Part shown: positions 29,397 through 39,498 of the stretch, piece by piece
How positions within the stretch are numbered: the first letter of the stretch is position 1
How the letters are laid out: each line of letters starts with the position of its first letter
Assembly: GCA_017609645.1 (NCBI GenBank)
Contig: JAFCDQ010000003.1
Coordinates: 221,571 to 285,570 of the forward strand
Source of the DNA: Candidatus Woesearchaeota archaeon
Lineage (GTDB): Archaea > Nanobdellota > Nanobdellia > Woesearchaeales > ARS49
Length of the DNA stretch: 64,000 nt
Direction of reading: 5' to 3'
The notes under the pieces: model-generated
The model's input: the letters and a program-made list of their open reading frames with translations, nothing else
What the model was told of the DNA's origin: nothing
The model's database searches: none
Translations under genes and position numbers: made by a program

Positions 29397-31586
29397 ATGG
29401 CTGCTGAAAAAAGTATTGATAAGATTAAAAGGCTTGCAAAAGATCCTGAGCATATCAGAAATATTGCAACTTGTGCGCATATTGACCATGGTAAAACTAC
29501 TTTCTCCGATAATCTTCTTTTCGGAGCAGGTATGATGTCTGAAGCTTTAGCAGGAAAACAATTAGCATTAGATTTTCATGAAGATGAAAAAGCTAGAGGT
29601 ATTACTATTGATTCTGCTTCTGTTAGTATGGTCCACGAGTTTGACGGTAAAGAATATTTGATTAATCTTATTGATACTCCAGGGCATGTTGATTTTGGCG
29701 GCGATGTTACTAGAGCTATGAGAGCTATTGACGGTGCTATTTTGTTAACTTGCGCTGTTGAAGGTGTTATGCCTCAGACAGAAACAGTTCTTAGACAAGC
29801 TTTGAAAGAGCGTGTCAAGCCTGTTCTTTTTATTAACAAAACTGATAGACTAATAACTCAGCAGCAATTAACTCCTGAAAAAATGCAGGAGCGTTTTGTT
29901 AAAATAATCACCGAAGTTAATACATTAATCAAAGATATTGCTCCTGAAGAATTTAAAGAGAAATGGCAGGTTAATGTTCAGGATGGAAGTGTTGCTTTTG
30001 GCAGTGCTTTTCATAATTGGGCTTTAAACATTCCATACATGCAGGAGAAAAGTATTACTTTCAAAGAAGTTTTAGATGCTTATGCTAATTCTAGCACTCC
30101 TGAAGAAGCAGGCAAGATTCTTGCAAAAAAAGCACCTATCCATGAGATTGTTTTAAACATGTGTATTAAGCATCATCCAAATCCTAAGGTAGCTCAAGAA
30201 TATAGAATTAAAAAATTGTGGCATGGTGATTTAGAAAGTAAAGATGGTAAATCTCTGCTATCTTGCGACCCTACAGGTCCTTTGTTTTATTGTCCGATTA
30301 AGATTGTTGTTGATCCTCAGGCAGGAGAGATCGCTATTGGAAGAATTTTTTCAGGCACTATGAATAAAGGAGATCATGTTTATCTTAACAGAAAAAAGAT
30401 ACCTGCGAGAATTCAGCAGATTTTTATTGTAAATGGTGCAAAAAGAGAGATTGTTGATTCTATTCCTGCAGGTAATGTTATTGGTATCGGCGGTGTTGCA
30501 ACTGCTGCAGGTGAGACAATTACTTATGAACCTTCAGAACCATTTGAAGAAATTGTTCATTTGTTCGAGCCTGTTATTACTAAAGCTATTGAAGCTACCA
30601 AACCTGCAGACCTTCCTAAACTTATTGAAGTTTTGAGAATTATTGTGAAAGAAGATCCTACATTAAAAGTTGAAATTAATGAAGAAACTGGCGAGCACTT
30701 ATTGCATGGTATGGGCGAGTTGCATCTTGAAATTATTGAAAACAGGATTAAGACAGAGAAAGGTGTTCAAGTAAAAACTAGTCCGCCTATTGTTGTTTAT
30801 AGAGAGACTGTTAGCAAGGATAGTGATATTTATGAAGGTAAAGCTCCTAATAAGCATAATAAACTTTATTTCAGGGTTGAACCTTTAGATGCTGCTGCTT
30901 ACAAAGCTATTAAGTCTGGTGAGATTAGAGAAGGCAGGAGTAAGAAAAAAGATATTGCACTCAGAGATAAGTTTGTTGAATGTGACTGGGATAGCAAAGA
31001 AGCAACTAATGTTAAAGATATTTTTAATGGAAATGTTTTTGTTGACTCTACCAGAGGTATTGTTGCTTTGCCTGAAGTTATCGACATGATTCTTGACATG
31101 TTTGAAGATGTTATGAAGTTTGGCCCTATTGCTAAAGAGCCTTGCATTAAGGTTAAAGTTGTTTTAACTGATGCAAAACTGCATGAAGACGGCATTCATA
31201 GAGGTCAAGGCCAGATGTATCCTGCTGTTCGTGATGGTATTAGAGCTGCGATGATGGGCGCTGCTCCTGTTTTATACGAGCCTTTACAGATTCATTTGAT
31301 TGAAGTTCCTGTTGATTATACAGGAGAAATCACAAAACTTGTGAGCAATAAAAGAGGACAGTTGCTTGAGATGAATCAAGAAGACACTCGAACTATGATT
31401 AAAGCTAAGATCCCTGTTGCAGAGATGCTTGGCTGGAGTAGTGATTTAAGGAGCGCTACTGCAGGCAGAGGTATTTCTAGTTTAATGGATCAGATGTTTG
31501 AGAAGCTTCCAATGGACTTGCAGAATAAGATCATTCAGCAGATTAAAACTAGAAAAGGTTTGAAAGAATCACAAGTCGGTGCATGA
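29397..31586 (+). CDS. fusA: Archaeal translation elongation factor 2
   Basis: AHIDHGKTT, RGITI, DTPGHVDFGG, NKTD, GMGELHLEI, diphthamide-loop His in HEDGIHRG. Confidence 0.97.
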   Translation: MAAEKSIDKIKRLAKDPEHIRNIATCAHIDHGKTTFSDNLLFGAGMMSEALAGKQLALDFHEDEKARGITIDSASVSMVHEFDGKEYLINLIDTPGHVDFGGDVTRAMRAIDGAILLTCAVEGVMPQTETVLRQALKERVKPVLFINKTDRLITQQQLTPEKMQERFVKIITEVNTLIKDIAPEEFKEKWQVNVQDGSVAFGSAFHNWALNIPYMQEKSITFKEVLDAYANSSTPEEAGKILAKKAPIHEIVLNMCIKHHPNPKVAQEYRIKKLWHGDLESKDGKSLLSCDPTGPLFYCPIKIVVDPQAGEIAIGRIFSGTMNKGDHVYLNRKKIPARIQQIFIVNGAKREIVDSIPAGNVIGIGGVATAAGETITYEPSEPFEEIVHLFEPVITKAIEATKPADLPKLIEVLRIIVKEDPTLKVEINEETGEHLLHGMGELHLEIIENRIKTEKGVQVKTSPPIVVYRETVSKDSDIYEGKAPNKHNKLYFRVEPLDAAAYKAIKSGEIREGRSKKKDIALRDKFVECDWDSKEATNVKDIFNGNVFVDSTRGIVALPEVIDMILDMFEDVMKFGPIAKEPCIKVKVVLTDAKLHEDGIHRGQGQMYPAVRDGIRAAMMGAAPVLYEPLQIHLIEVPVDYTGEITKLVSNKRGQLLEMNQEDTRTMIKAKIPVAEMLGWSSDLRSATAGRGISSLMDQMFEKLPMDLQNKIIQQIKTRKGLKESQVGA

Positions 31587-31600
31587 AGAAACACACTACA

Positions 31601-31630
31601 ACATTAATACGTGCCTTGTGCCTAAATTTA
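31601..31630 (+). repeat. Dispersed repeat, block B only
   Basis: ACATTAATACGTGCCTTGTGCCTAAATTTA; the 5' arm reads GTGC instead of GCAC. Confidence 0.85.
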
Positions 31631-31711
31631 ATATTTACTTTATGCTAAAGTAGTGAATTCAGAAAGTTTTTTATATTTTCTCATCTATAACTATCTTAAC
31701 ATTAAAAAAAT

Positions 31712-32725
31712 TTATTTGTATTTAAATTCTAGCTTTTTTTTTGCATGGCCCGCAGTTAATTCTCCTTTAAATACTGTAGCCCATACTTCTATTCCTGGTA
31801 AATCAATCACTTTTGATTCAATTCTTTTAAAGGAATTGTCTAAATCTCCTTTTTTATAATCTACACTCCTCTGACTTAATACTATTACCTCTACTGATGT
31901 AAGTGCAGAATCTGAAGTATTCGCTCCTAAGAAATATAATGGATAACTTAAGTTTTCAGATAAATAACTAACTTCAATAGGTTTATGCATTACATAAAAA
32001 GGAGCATTTCCATCTTGACTACAATCAAGATTAGCAACTAATCCTAAACCTTTAGCAGCAACCTCTAGTGGAAACATTTCTTCAGCCACATCCTTATTAA
32101 AATAACCGTTTCTATTTTGGCCACCCCATTCATTCCACATCATGAATTTAGACAAAGAATCAACACCATTAACATTAAATAAAGGACTTTCAGCACTTTT
32201 CAGAGAAGAAAGATGTAATTTTAAACAGACTAATTCCATTAGTTTTCCGTCGCTAATACTATACCTTCCATTAGGTAAACCAACCATTACATCAAAATAA
32301 GTATCATCTCCGCTGAAAGATAATTGATTAAAAGTCACAATCCTTCTCTTTCCACTGTGATGCTCATCATCCTTAATCAAAATCCTAGCCTGAGCAACAC
32401 CCTTATAAGGATCCTCATTATGTAGCTTATACTTTAATGAACCTCTAACATTACCTACTGGTTTTGGAGGTCTTGGAGGGGGAGCTCCACACATAATTAC
32501 ATCAGTCACTAATCCAGTCTTTCCTTCTTGAGATGCCATCACTTCCTTAATAGCATTCCCTAAATGAGAATCAAGTATTATTCTTTCTACTTCTCCTACC
32601 TTTAATTTTTTATCAACTAAATTCCACAATTTATGTTCAGTTAAGTATTTAGCTACTTCACCAAAACGTTCAACTAGAATTGGTCTAGTTGGTGTTTCAT
32701 AAAAAACAATATCTTTATCACCCAT
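31712..32725 (-). CDS. Hypothetical protein (orphan)
   Basis: 337-aa ORF, no motif recognised. Confidence 0.7.
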   Translation of the reverse strand: MGDKDIVFYETPTRPILVERFGEVAKYLTEHKLWNLVDKKLKVGEVERIILDSHLGNAIKEVMASQEGKTGLVTDVIMCGAPPPRPPKPVGNVRGSLKYKLHNEDPYKGVAQARILIKDDEHHSGKRRIVTFNQLSFSGDDTYFDVMVGLPNGRYSISDGKLMELVCLKLHLSSLKSAESPLFNVNGVDSLSKFMMWNEWGGQNRNGYFNKDVAEEMFPLEVAAKGLGLVANLDCSQDGNAPFYVMHKPIEVSYLSENLSYPLYFLGANTSDSALTSVEVIVLSQRSVDYKKGDLDNSFKRIESKVIDLPGIEVWATVFKGELTAGHAKKKLEFKYK

Positions 32726-32920
32726 AAAAAATCATCAAAAAAATATTAATAAAACCAATATATAAATGTATGTATTAAAGCTTAGACGCGGTCTACCCCA
32801 ACCTAATCCAAGGTATTGAAGATTTGACAGAAACTAGCAGGCCTTATAAACTTCTTGCAAAACAATTTAAAAATAATTTGAAAACTATTTTAAATAAATA
32901 CTCCTTTTTCTTTAAACAAA

Positions 32921-33352
32921 ATGAAAACAAACCTATGCCAATTCAAACACTTAAGCTGTTTTGGCTGTTGTGGCCATGATTGGAAAACTAAAGATCAAAT
33001 TCTTGAACAAATAAAGAAAAACACAATAAATTGGAAGAATCACAGCTTAAATAAATTCTATAAAGAAAGTGAAAAACATCTCTCAAGATGCGGCGGATGT
33101 AAAAGTCTTATACTAAAAAACAATAAAATTGTCTGCGCTCTCCACCCATTTCAAAATAAAGGCGATGATTTCAGGGATAAAAATTGTAATAAGAATTATT
33201 TTTGTCAAACATTTAAAGAATTCTTGAATTGGGATAAAAAAACACAAAATTCTTTCTTAAAATTCTTAAAAAACAAGAAAATTAGCCATCATGAATACAG
33301 CATGGGCATGGATTCTGGCAATTTTTTAGCAGAATTCACAAAATTTAAATAA
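32921..33352 (+). CDS. Cys-rich hypothetical protein, possible Zn or Fe-S binding
   Basis: CFGCCG, CGGC, CALHP, C..NYFC. Confidence 0.65.
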   Translation: MKTNLCQFKHLSCFGCCGHDWKTKDQILEQIKKNTINWKNHSLNKFYKESEKHLSRCGGCKSLILKNNKIVCALHPFQNKGDDFRDKNCNKNYFCQTFKEFLNWDKKTQNSFLKFLKNKKISHHEYSMGMDSGNFLAEFTKFK

Positions 33353-33374
33353 AATTCTCAAAAAACTCAAAACT

Positions 33375-34175
33375 ATGCAATTAGGATTAAAAGATAAAAA
33401 AATCATAGTAACTGGCGCAGCTAATGGCATTGGTAGCGCTATTTTTCAGGCTTTGTTAAAAGAAAAAGCTTTTCCTATAGGATTTGATTTTGAAGAATTA
33501 AGAAATTCTGAATTAGAAGAGAAAATTAAAGAGTATAAAATTTCAAATAATTTTGATTTTTTCCAAGCAGATGTTTGTGATGAAGAAAGATTGAATTATA
33601 TTTTTAAAACACATATTAAAGAGATAAGTGGTCTTGTTAATAATGCAGGTGTATTAGGAGGAGATGATGCACACGGAGGCAGAACTAATGCTGCGTGGGA
33701 TAAAATGCTTAATGCTCATGCAAAGTCAGCTTTTTTATTAACAGAACTATCTTATCCTAAAATGAATAATGGTTCTATAGTTAATATAGGTTCTATAGAA
33801 TTAGAAATGGCCGCTCCTGGTGTTGTTTTGTATACTGCTGCTAAAGGAGCACTTCTTGGTTTGACTGTTTCTTATTCTACTCATTTGGCTCCAAATATCA
33901 GAGTTAATATTGTTTCACCAGGAAATGTTAATACTAAAAGAAATCTTGCTCAATATAAAGAACATAAAGAATTAGTAGATGCTTTTGAAGAAAAAACGCC
34001 TCTAAAAAGAAGTGTTGAGCCAGAAGAAGTTGCTGATTTAGTATTATTTTTACTTTCAGACAAAGCGAAGGCAATTACTGGTCAAAACCATATAATCGAC
34101 TGTGGTTACACAAAGGCATTATGGGATCCTATTTGGTCCAAAAAAGATCTTAATGACGTCTATAAACAAGAATAA
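33375..34175 (+). CDS. Short-chain dehydrogenase/reductase
   Basis: TGAANGIG, NNAG, YTAAK, VNIVSPG, ITGQ...DCG. Confidence 0.92.
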   Translation: MQLGLKDKKIIVTGAANGIGSAIFQALLKEKAFPIGFDFEELRNSELEEKIKEYKISNNFDFFQADVCDEERLNYIFKTHIKEISGLVNNAGVLGGDDAHGGRTNAAWDKMLNAHAKSAFLLTELSYPKMNNGSIVNIGSIELEMAAPGVVLYTAAKGALLGLTVSYSTHLAPNIRVNIVSPGNVNTKRNLAQYKEHKELVDAFEEKTPLKRSVEPEEVADLVLFLLSDKAKAITGQNHIIDCGYTKALWDPIWSKKDLNDVYKQE

Positions 34176-34207
34176 CTATTTTTGCTTAAAATACCGCTTT
34201 TGAAACC

Positions 34208-34221
34208 AAAATGTTTATAAA
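34208..34221 (+). promoter_or_regulatory. BRE/TATA promoter of tuf-rps10
   Basis: AAAATG-TTTATAAA; GGAGG RBS before ATG 34275. Confidence 0.65.
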
Positions 34222-34274
34222 TGAATGCCCTAATTCTGAGTTAAAGATAAACAAACATATTAGGAGGGTAAAAT

Positions 34275-35567
34275 ATGGCTAAAACAAAACCACACATTAA
34301 CCTTGTATTCATTGGTCATGTAGACCATGGTAAATCTACAACCGTCGGCAGGTTACTTTTTGATTCAGGCAATATTGACGAGCAAGCTATTAGAAAGTTA
34401 AAGGAAAAAGCTGAAGAGCTTGGTAAAGGCGGATTTGAGTTCGCTTTTGTTATGGATAACTTGAAAGAAGAGAGAGAAAGAGGAGTCACTATTGACTTAG
34501 CTCACAAGAAATTCGAGTCTGACAAGTATGATTTCACAATTATTGACGCACCTGGTCACAGGGACTTTATTAAGAACATGATCACTGGCGCAAGCCAAGC
34601 TGATGCCGCTGTTCTTGTTGTTTCTGGTAATGCTAGTGACGGTGTACAAGCTCAAACTAAAGAGCACGCATTTCTGGCAAAGACTCTTGGTGTTAGTCAA
34701 ATTATCGTAGCTGTTAATAAGATGGATATGGTAAAGTATGATGAAAAGAGATTTGAAGAAGTTAAAAAACAAGTTTCTGATCTATTGAAGATGGTTGGTT
34801 ATAAAATTGAAGAAATCCAATTTCTTCCAATTGCAGCTCTTCCAGGAGATAATCTTGCTAAGAAATCTGAGAATTTTGGATGGTTTAAAGGTCCAACTCT
34901 TTTAGAGGCTATTAACAACTTGAAAGAACCTGAAAAGCCAACTGAGCTTCCTTTAAGACTTCCTATCCAGGATGTTTACAAGATCTCTGGTATTGGAACT
35001 GTTCCTGTAGGAAGAGTCGAAACAGGTGTTATGAAGGTAGGTCAAAAGATTACTGTTGTTCCTGCTAGAGAAGGCAAAGGTGTTACAGGAGAAGTTAAGA
35101 GTATTGAGATGCACCATGAACAATTACAGCAAGCAGAGCCTGGTGATAATATTGGATTTAATGTCAGAGGCATTGAGCAAAAGGATATTGCAAGAGGAGA
35201 TGTTATCGGTAGTGCTGATAATGTTCCAACTATTGCAACTGAGTTCACAGCCAGAATGATTATTTTAAATCATCCAACTGTTGTGACTGTTGGCTACACT
35301 CCTGTGTTCCATATTCACACTGCTCAGATTGCATGTCAAATTACTGAGATTATCAGAAAGATAAATCCTGCTACTGGTGAAACTCTTGAAGAAAAGCCAG
35401 ACTTTGTTAAGAATGGTGATGCTTGCGAAGTAAGGATTAGACCTACATCTGCTTTGGTTATTGAAAAGCAGTCTGAAATTCCTCAACTGGCTAGATTCGC
35501 TGTGCGTGATTCTGGTCAGACAGTCGCTGCCGGTATGTGCATCGATTTAGTAAAGAAAGACATATAA
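34275..35567 (+). CDS. tuf: Archaeal translation elongation factor 1-alpha
   Basis: [46 protein letters not shown]. Confidence 0.98.
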   Translation: MAKTKPHINLVFIGHVDHGKSTTVGRLLFDSGNIDEQAIRKLKEKAEELGKGGFEFAFVMDNLKEERERGVTIDLAHKKFESDKYDFTIIDAPGHRDFIKNMITGASQADAAVLVVSGNASDGVQAQTKEHAFLAKTLGVSQIIVAVNKMDMVKYDEKRFEEVKKQVSDLLKMVGYKIEEIQFLPIAALPGDNLAKKSENFGWFKGPTLLEAINNLKEPEKPTELPLRLPIQDVYKISGIGTVPVGRVETGVMKVGQKITVVPAREGKGVTGEVKSIEMHHEQLQQAEPGDNIGFNVRGIEQKDIARGDVIGSADNVPTIATEFTARMIILNHPTVVTVGYTPVFHIHTAQIACQITEIIRKINPATGETLEEKPDFVKNGDACEVRIRPTSALVIEKQSEIPQLARFAVRDSGQTVAAGMCIDLVKKDI

Positions 35568-35600
35568 AATAAATTTTTTATTTTATTTTGATAGGTTAAA

Positions 35601-35912
35601 ATGCAAAAGGCAAGAATTAAGTTAGCTAGTATCGACATTAACAAGTTAAACCAAACTTGTGACTTTATTACTAATATAGCTGAAAAAACAGGTGTTGAGA
35701 TTCGCGGTCCAATTCCTTTGCCTACTAAAAAATTAAAGGTTACAACTAGACGTTCTCCTTGCGGCAATGGTGCCGAGACTTTTGAAAGATTTGAGATGAG
35801 AATTCATAAGAGATTAATAGATTTAGGACTTGATGAAAGAGCATTAAGATTAGTTATGAGAGTACCTATACCTGAGGGTTTGAATATTGAGATTGAGATG
35901 ATCGATGTTTAA
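35601..35912 (+). CDS. rps10: Ribosomal protein S10 (uS10)
   Basis: [42 protein letters not shown]. Confidence 0.97.
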   Translation: MQKARIKLASIDINKLNQTCDFITNIAEKTGVEIRGPIPLPTKKLKVTTRRSPCGNGAETFERFEMRIHKRLIDLGLDERALRLVMRVPIPEGLNIEIEMIDV

Positions 35913-35950
35913 GAATTCTAATTATTAATACCAATTCAAACCCGAACGAC

Positions 35951-36096
35951 CAGAAAATTCGTAAGAATTTTCGCTGCCTGAAGGTCTTAATATTGAAATA
36001 GAAATTATTGATGTGTCAAAAACCACCAGTCATAAACTAGTTGCATATCGCGTGGTTTTTGACGCTCAGAATTCCACGAAATGTGGATTTTCGAGC
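35951..36096 (+). other. Hairpin-rich element carrying a recoded second copy of the rps10 3' end
   Basis: GAAAATTC-GTAA-GAATTTTC (35953-35972); [13 protein letters not shown] codons at 35977-36015; perfect 12-bp inverted repeat 36015-36026/36052-36063; related hairpin 36064-36096. Confidence 0.8.
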
Positions 36097-36174
36097 AGAT
36101 GAGTGGAATTATGTTGTTTAATTATATTCTTGAGATTCATTAAATTTAAATACCTCTTATAAAAATGATTTCTT

Positions 36175-37305
36175 ATGGATAATATAGAAGAATCTGAACA
36201 AATAAAACCTAAAAAGAGATATCATTTTGACAAAATTCTATTCATAATTCTTTTAATTCTTGTTGCTTTATTTGTTAGAAAATATATTGCTTCTCAAAGT
36301 ACTGAACTTTTGCCTGATAAAACTGAAGAAATTACTAGTATAATAAATTTAGATGATGTTGCTGAAGATATCAGTATTGAAGACAGGGAAATTAATGTTG
36401 ATGTCATTCATCATAAAGATTGTTTTAAGTGTTTTGCTACTGAACACGTTTTAGATTATTTAATTAAGAAAGGTTTGAATTTAACTATTAAAGAAAATTA
36501 TATTCAGGATTCTGAGGAATATGCAGAACTTGTTGAAAAATTAGGTATTACTAAGCTTCCTGTTGTCGTATTAAGTGGAAACTTAAAAGGTTTGGATAAT
36601 ATTTTAACTGTCTTTGAAAAAAGAGATGAGTATCTTATTTTTGAAGCTGCAGAACCTGCTTTCTATTACATTCCGTCTAAAAAATTCATTGGTTATGTTG
36701 ACTTGATTTATTTGAAAGATAAAGAGTGTAAAGTTTGTTCTAAATTAGGAGCTTTTATTGAAGATATGGATACTAAAATGGGCGTTACTTTTACTGAGAA
36801 AAAAGCAGTTTATCCTGATTCAAAAGAAGGTAAAGAACTTATCAAAAAATATAATATAAAGAAAGTGCCTTCTTTAATATTCACGAGAGAATTACTGGAA
36901 TATTCTTATATTGCTAAAAGCTGGGATAAGATTGGAAGTATTGAAAGTGACGGAGCACTAGTTTTAAGGGAGATTACTCCTCCTTATAAAAATCCTCAGA
37001 CAGGTGAGGTAGAAGGTATTGTTGACGTCACTGTTTTGATTGATTCTTCATGCACTGATTGTTTAGATATTGCAAAAGTAGTAGAACAAGTAAAAACAAA
37101 GTATAAGCTTGTTTTTGGCATTTCAAAAACTGTTGATGTTAAGTCTGAAGAAGGCAAAGAACTTATCAAAAAATACAGTATAGAAAAAGCTCCTACTTTC
37201 ATTTTCTCAGACAATGCTAAACTTTATCCTGGTTTGATGATGGAGTGGGAGAAAAAACTGGGAGTTTTAGCTGAAGACGGTAAATTTGTTTTTACGAAGA
37301 TTTAA
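36175..37305 (+). CDS. Membrane-anchored protein with three thioredoxin-like domains
   Basis: N-terminal TM; CFKC, CKVC and CTDC each followed by ELIxKYxIxKxP. Confidence 0.78.
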   Translation: MDNIEESEQIKPKKRYHFDKILFIILLILVALFVRKYIASQSTELLPDKTEEITSIINLDDVAEDISIEDREINVDVIHHKDCFKCFATEHVLDYLIKKGLNLTIKENYIQDSEEYAELVEKLGITKLPVVVLSGNLKGLDNILTVFEKRDEYLIFEAAEPAFYYIPSKKFIGYVDLIYLKDKECKVCSKLGAFIEDMDTKMGVTFTEKKAVYPDSKEGKELIKKYNIKKVPSLIFTRELLEYSYIAKSWDKIGSIESDGALVLREITPPYKNPQTGEVEGIVDVTVLIDSSCTDCLDIAKVVEQVKTKYKLVFGISKTVDVKSEEGKELIKKYSIEKAPTFIFSDNAKLYPGLMMEWEKKLGVLAEDGKFVFTKI

Positions 37306-37454
37306 TTTTCACTAACTTCGTCTAACAAATCTTCTGCAGTATTTTCCAAATCCTCAACAACAGCAGGTTTGCTGCAATATGGACACAATTCAGGGTAATT
37401 GAATTTGTGGAACTTATATTTGCATGCATTGCATCTGTATTTTATTTTTTCCAA
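37302..37454 (-). CDS. Small zinc-ribbon protein (50 aa, TTG start), not in ORF track
   Basis: MEKIKYRCNACKYKFHKFNYPELCPYCSKPAVVEDLENTAEDLLDEVSEN; AGGTGAT RBS. Confidence 0.7.
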   Translation of the reverse strand: MEKIKYRCNACKYKFHKFNYPELCPYCSKPAVVEDLENTAEDLLDEVSEN

Positions 37455-37519
37455 ACATATCACCTGTCTTATAGTCTGAGCATATAGAAAATAATATTTA
37501 AATGTTGCGGCTATTTTTT

Positions 37520-38152
37520 TTACTCAAAAACAATCCTAACATCTACTGCTTTGCATGTTCTGTCAGCACAGATTAAAGGATTAATGTCTAATTCTGTTAT
37601 TTCAGGTTTATCTTTTGCGAGTTTTGATAAAGAAAGTATAGAATCTATTAAGATTTTTTTATTGGCTTTCGGAAGGCATCTAAAGCCTTCAAGTATTTTT
37701 TTGTTTTTCAAAGAAGTTATCATAGCTTCTGCATTTTTTCTGTTGATAGGGCATACTCTAAATTGTACATCTTGTATTAACTCTACAAATACGCCTCCAA
37801 TACCGAATACTATTACGTGTCCAAATGATTTATCTTTTTTTAACCCTAATAACAATTCTATGCCAGGCATATACTCTTGTACAAAATATTTGCATTTAGG
37901 AATTTTAAATTTATTTTTTATTTTATCAAAATCTTTCAATACCTTGAGCAAGTGTTCTTTATTAACTACTTTAACTACGCCTCCTGTTTCTGTCTTATGG
38001 AGTATTTTTTCAGATGAAAGTTTCAAAATTAATGGAAATTTTTTACAATAACCTAGAACTTGTTTTTTTGTTGCAAATTCTTTTGAATCTGCAGTTTTTA
38101 TATACTTTTTAACAAAGTTTAAAGCTTCTAATCCTACTAATACTTTGGACAT
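37520..38152 (-). CDS. ADP-forming acyl-CoA synthetase beta subunit (ATP-grasp)
   Basis: FPLILK...ILHKTETGGV, VQEY, ELLLG...FGHVIVFGIGGVFVELIQD, ELDINPL. Confidence 0.88.
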   Translation of the reverse strand: MSKVLVGLEALNFVKKYIKTADSKEFATKKQVLGYCKKFPLILKLSSEKILHKTETGGVVKVVNKEHLLKVLKDFDKIKNKFKIPKCKYFVQEYMPGIELLLGLKKDKSFGHVIVFGIGGVFVELIQDVQFRVCPINRKNAEAMITSLKNKKILEGFRCLPKANKKILIDSILSLSKLAKDKPEITELDINPLICADRTCKAVDVRIVFE

Positions 38153-39321
38153 TTTTGAAGTATGATTCCTCCTAGTATAAAAAATATCACTAATAAGATT
38201 AATGCTGCAGTATAATTGTAAAGCACAACCAATCCTCCGAATGCTGCTGGCCCGATTATTCCTGAAAACTTGCTTGTAAACTCAGAGAAACCAAAGAATT
38301 CTCCTACTTTCTTTTTTGGTGTTAAATCAAGTAATAATGGTCTTATACATGTTATTGTAGCACCCCATCCAACTCCTCCAATCAATCCTGCAAGTAAAAA
38401 TGTTGTGAAATTGCTTACAAAGATCAACAGCGTAATGACAAGAATCCATAAGATAACTGATATTGTTAATGCTTTTTTTGCCCCTATTTTGTCGCTTAGC
38501 TTTCCAAAATAAATCGCCCCTAATATTGCAGTTATAGAGAATAGACAGAAAACAATCATATATTGTGGAACCGTAAGATTAATTTGCACCCTGCCGTATA
38601 AATAAAGAAATACTATTGCTGCATTGACTGCATTCATTATTAAGAACGTGCTTATCAAATAGTATACCAAGCCTTTGTATTTTTTCAGATGTAAAACAGT
38701 CATCTTGACTTGTTTTACTGCTTCTTTAAATTTAGCTCTTTTGCATTTTGTTTTTTTTTCTTTAATTAAGAAAAAGGTTATTAGTGAGAAAAATAAAAAG
38801 AATGCTGCTGTTAAGAAGAACATTGATTTTATTCCTTTTATTGTTTCCCAACCTAAGATTGAAAGTACTATCGCTGCTGCGCCTATGCTTAGAAAGTTTC
38901 CTGCATATCCAAAGCCAACTCCTATTCCTGAGATTTTGCCATATTCTTTTCTTGCGCCCAGCCTTGGAAGTATTGCATTATATGTTGTTAATGCTGCATG
39001 ATATGCAAAGTTTGCTAAGCCGCCTAATAATAATGCACCTATTAGATGTGTAAATGGTACGAGAAATGTTGCACCTACACATATTAATGTGAATAATATT
39101 ACAAAAGGCATTCTTTTTCTTATGATGTCTGAGTACGCGCCTATAAATGGTACAAACAATGCTACAAACAGCATTGATATTCCAAATACTAATCCTATTT
39201 GAAATTCATTTCCATCTAGAAATACTTTGATATATAGTGGGAAAAAGAATGTTACAAATAATGAACTAAATCCTGTATTTGCTAAGTCATAAATAGACCA
39301 TCCAAACATCTCTTTTTTCAT
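38137..39321 (-). CDS. MFS transporter (UMF1/Atg22-like), 12 TM
   Basis: WSIYDLANTGF, GAYSD...R, SGIGVGFGY.G, GKLSDKIG.KK, FFGFSEF. Confidence 0.88.
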   Translation of the reverse strand: MKKEMFGWSIYDLANTGFSSLFVTFFFPLYIKVFLDGNEFQIGLVFGISMLFVALFVPFIGAYSDIIRKRMPFVILFTLICVGATFLVPFTHLIGALLLGGLANFAYHAALTTYNAILPRLGARKEYGKISGIGVGFGYAGNFLSIGAAAIVLSILGWETIKGIKSMFFLTAAFFLFFSLITFFLIKEKKTKCKRAKFKEAVKQVKMTVLHLKKYKGLVYYLISTFLIMNAVNAAIVFLYLYGRVQINLTVPQYMIVFCLFSITAILGAIYFGKLSDKIGAKKALTISVILWILVITLLIFVSNFTTFLLAGLIGGVGWGATITCIRPLLLDLTPKKKVGEFFGFSEFTSKFSGIIGPAAFGGLVVLYNYTAALILLVIFFILGGIILQKCPKY

Positions 39322-39498
39322 AGTTATACAAATAGTAGATGGATTTTATAAAATTTTGGTAAAATGATATCTATATATTCTGCGCCAAAAAGGCGCACTT
39401 TAGTTTAATCAAAGAACCTAAATTTCCTTCTCAAAACCATATCACTTTCCCACAATAGTGAATAAACCATTTATACTCATAAGTATAAATACTAAACC

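Noticed and set aside
32766-32990. Possible frameshifted ORF remnant upstream of the Cys-rich gene
   Set aside because: It needs an assumed frameshift in the C-run near 32796 and resembles no protein I recognise
34186-34197. AAATACCGC shared with 6089-6097 as a possible right boundary of the EF-2/tuf insert
   Set aside because: Only 9 bp of mostly A/T identity and no hairpin block; chance cannot be excluded
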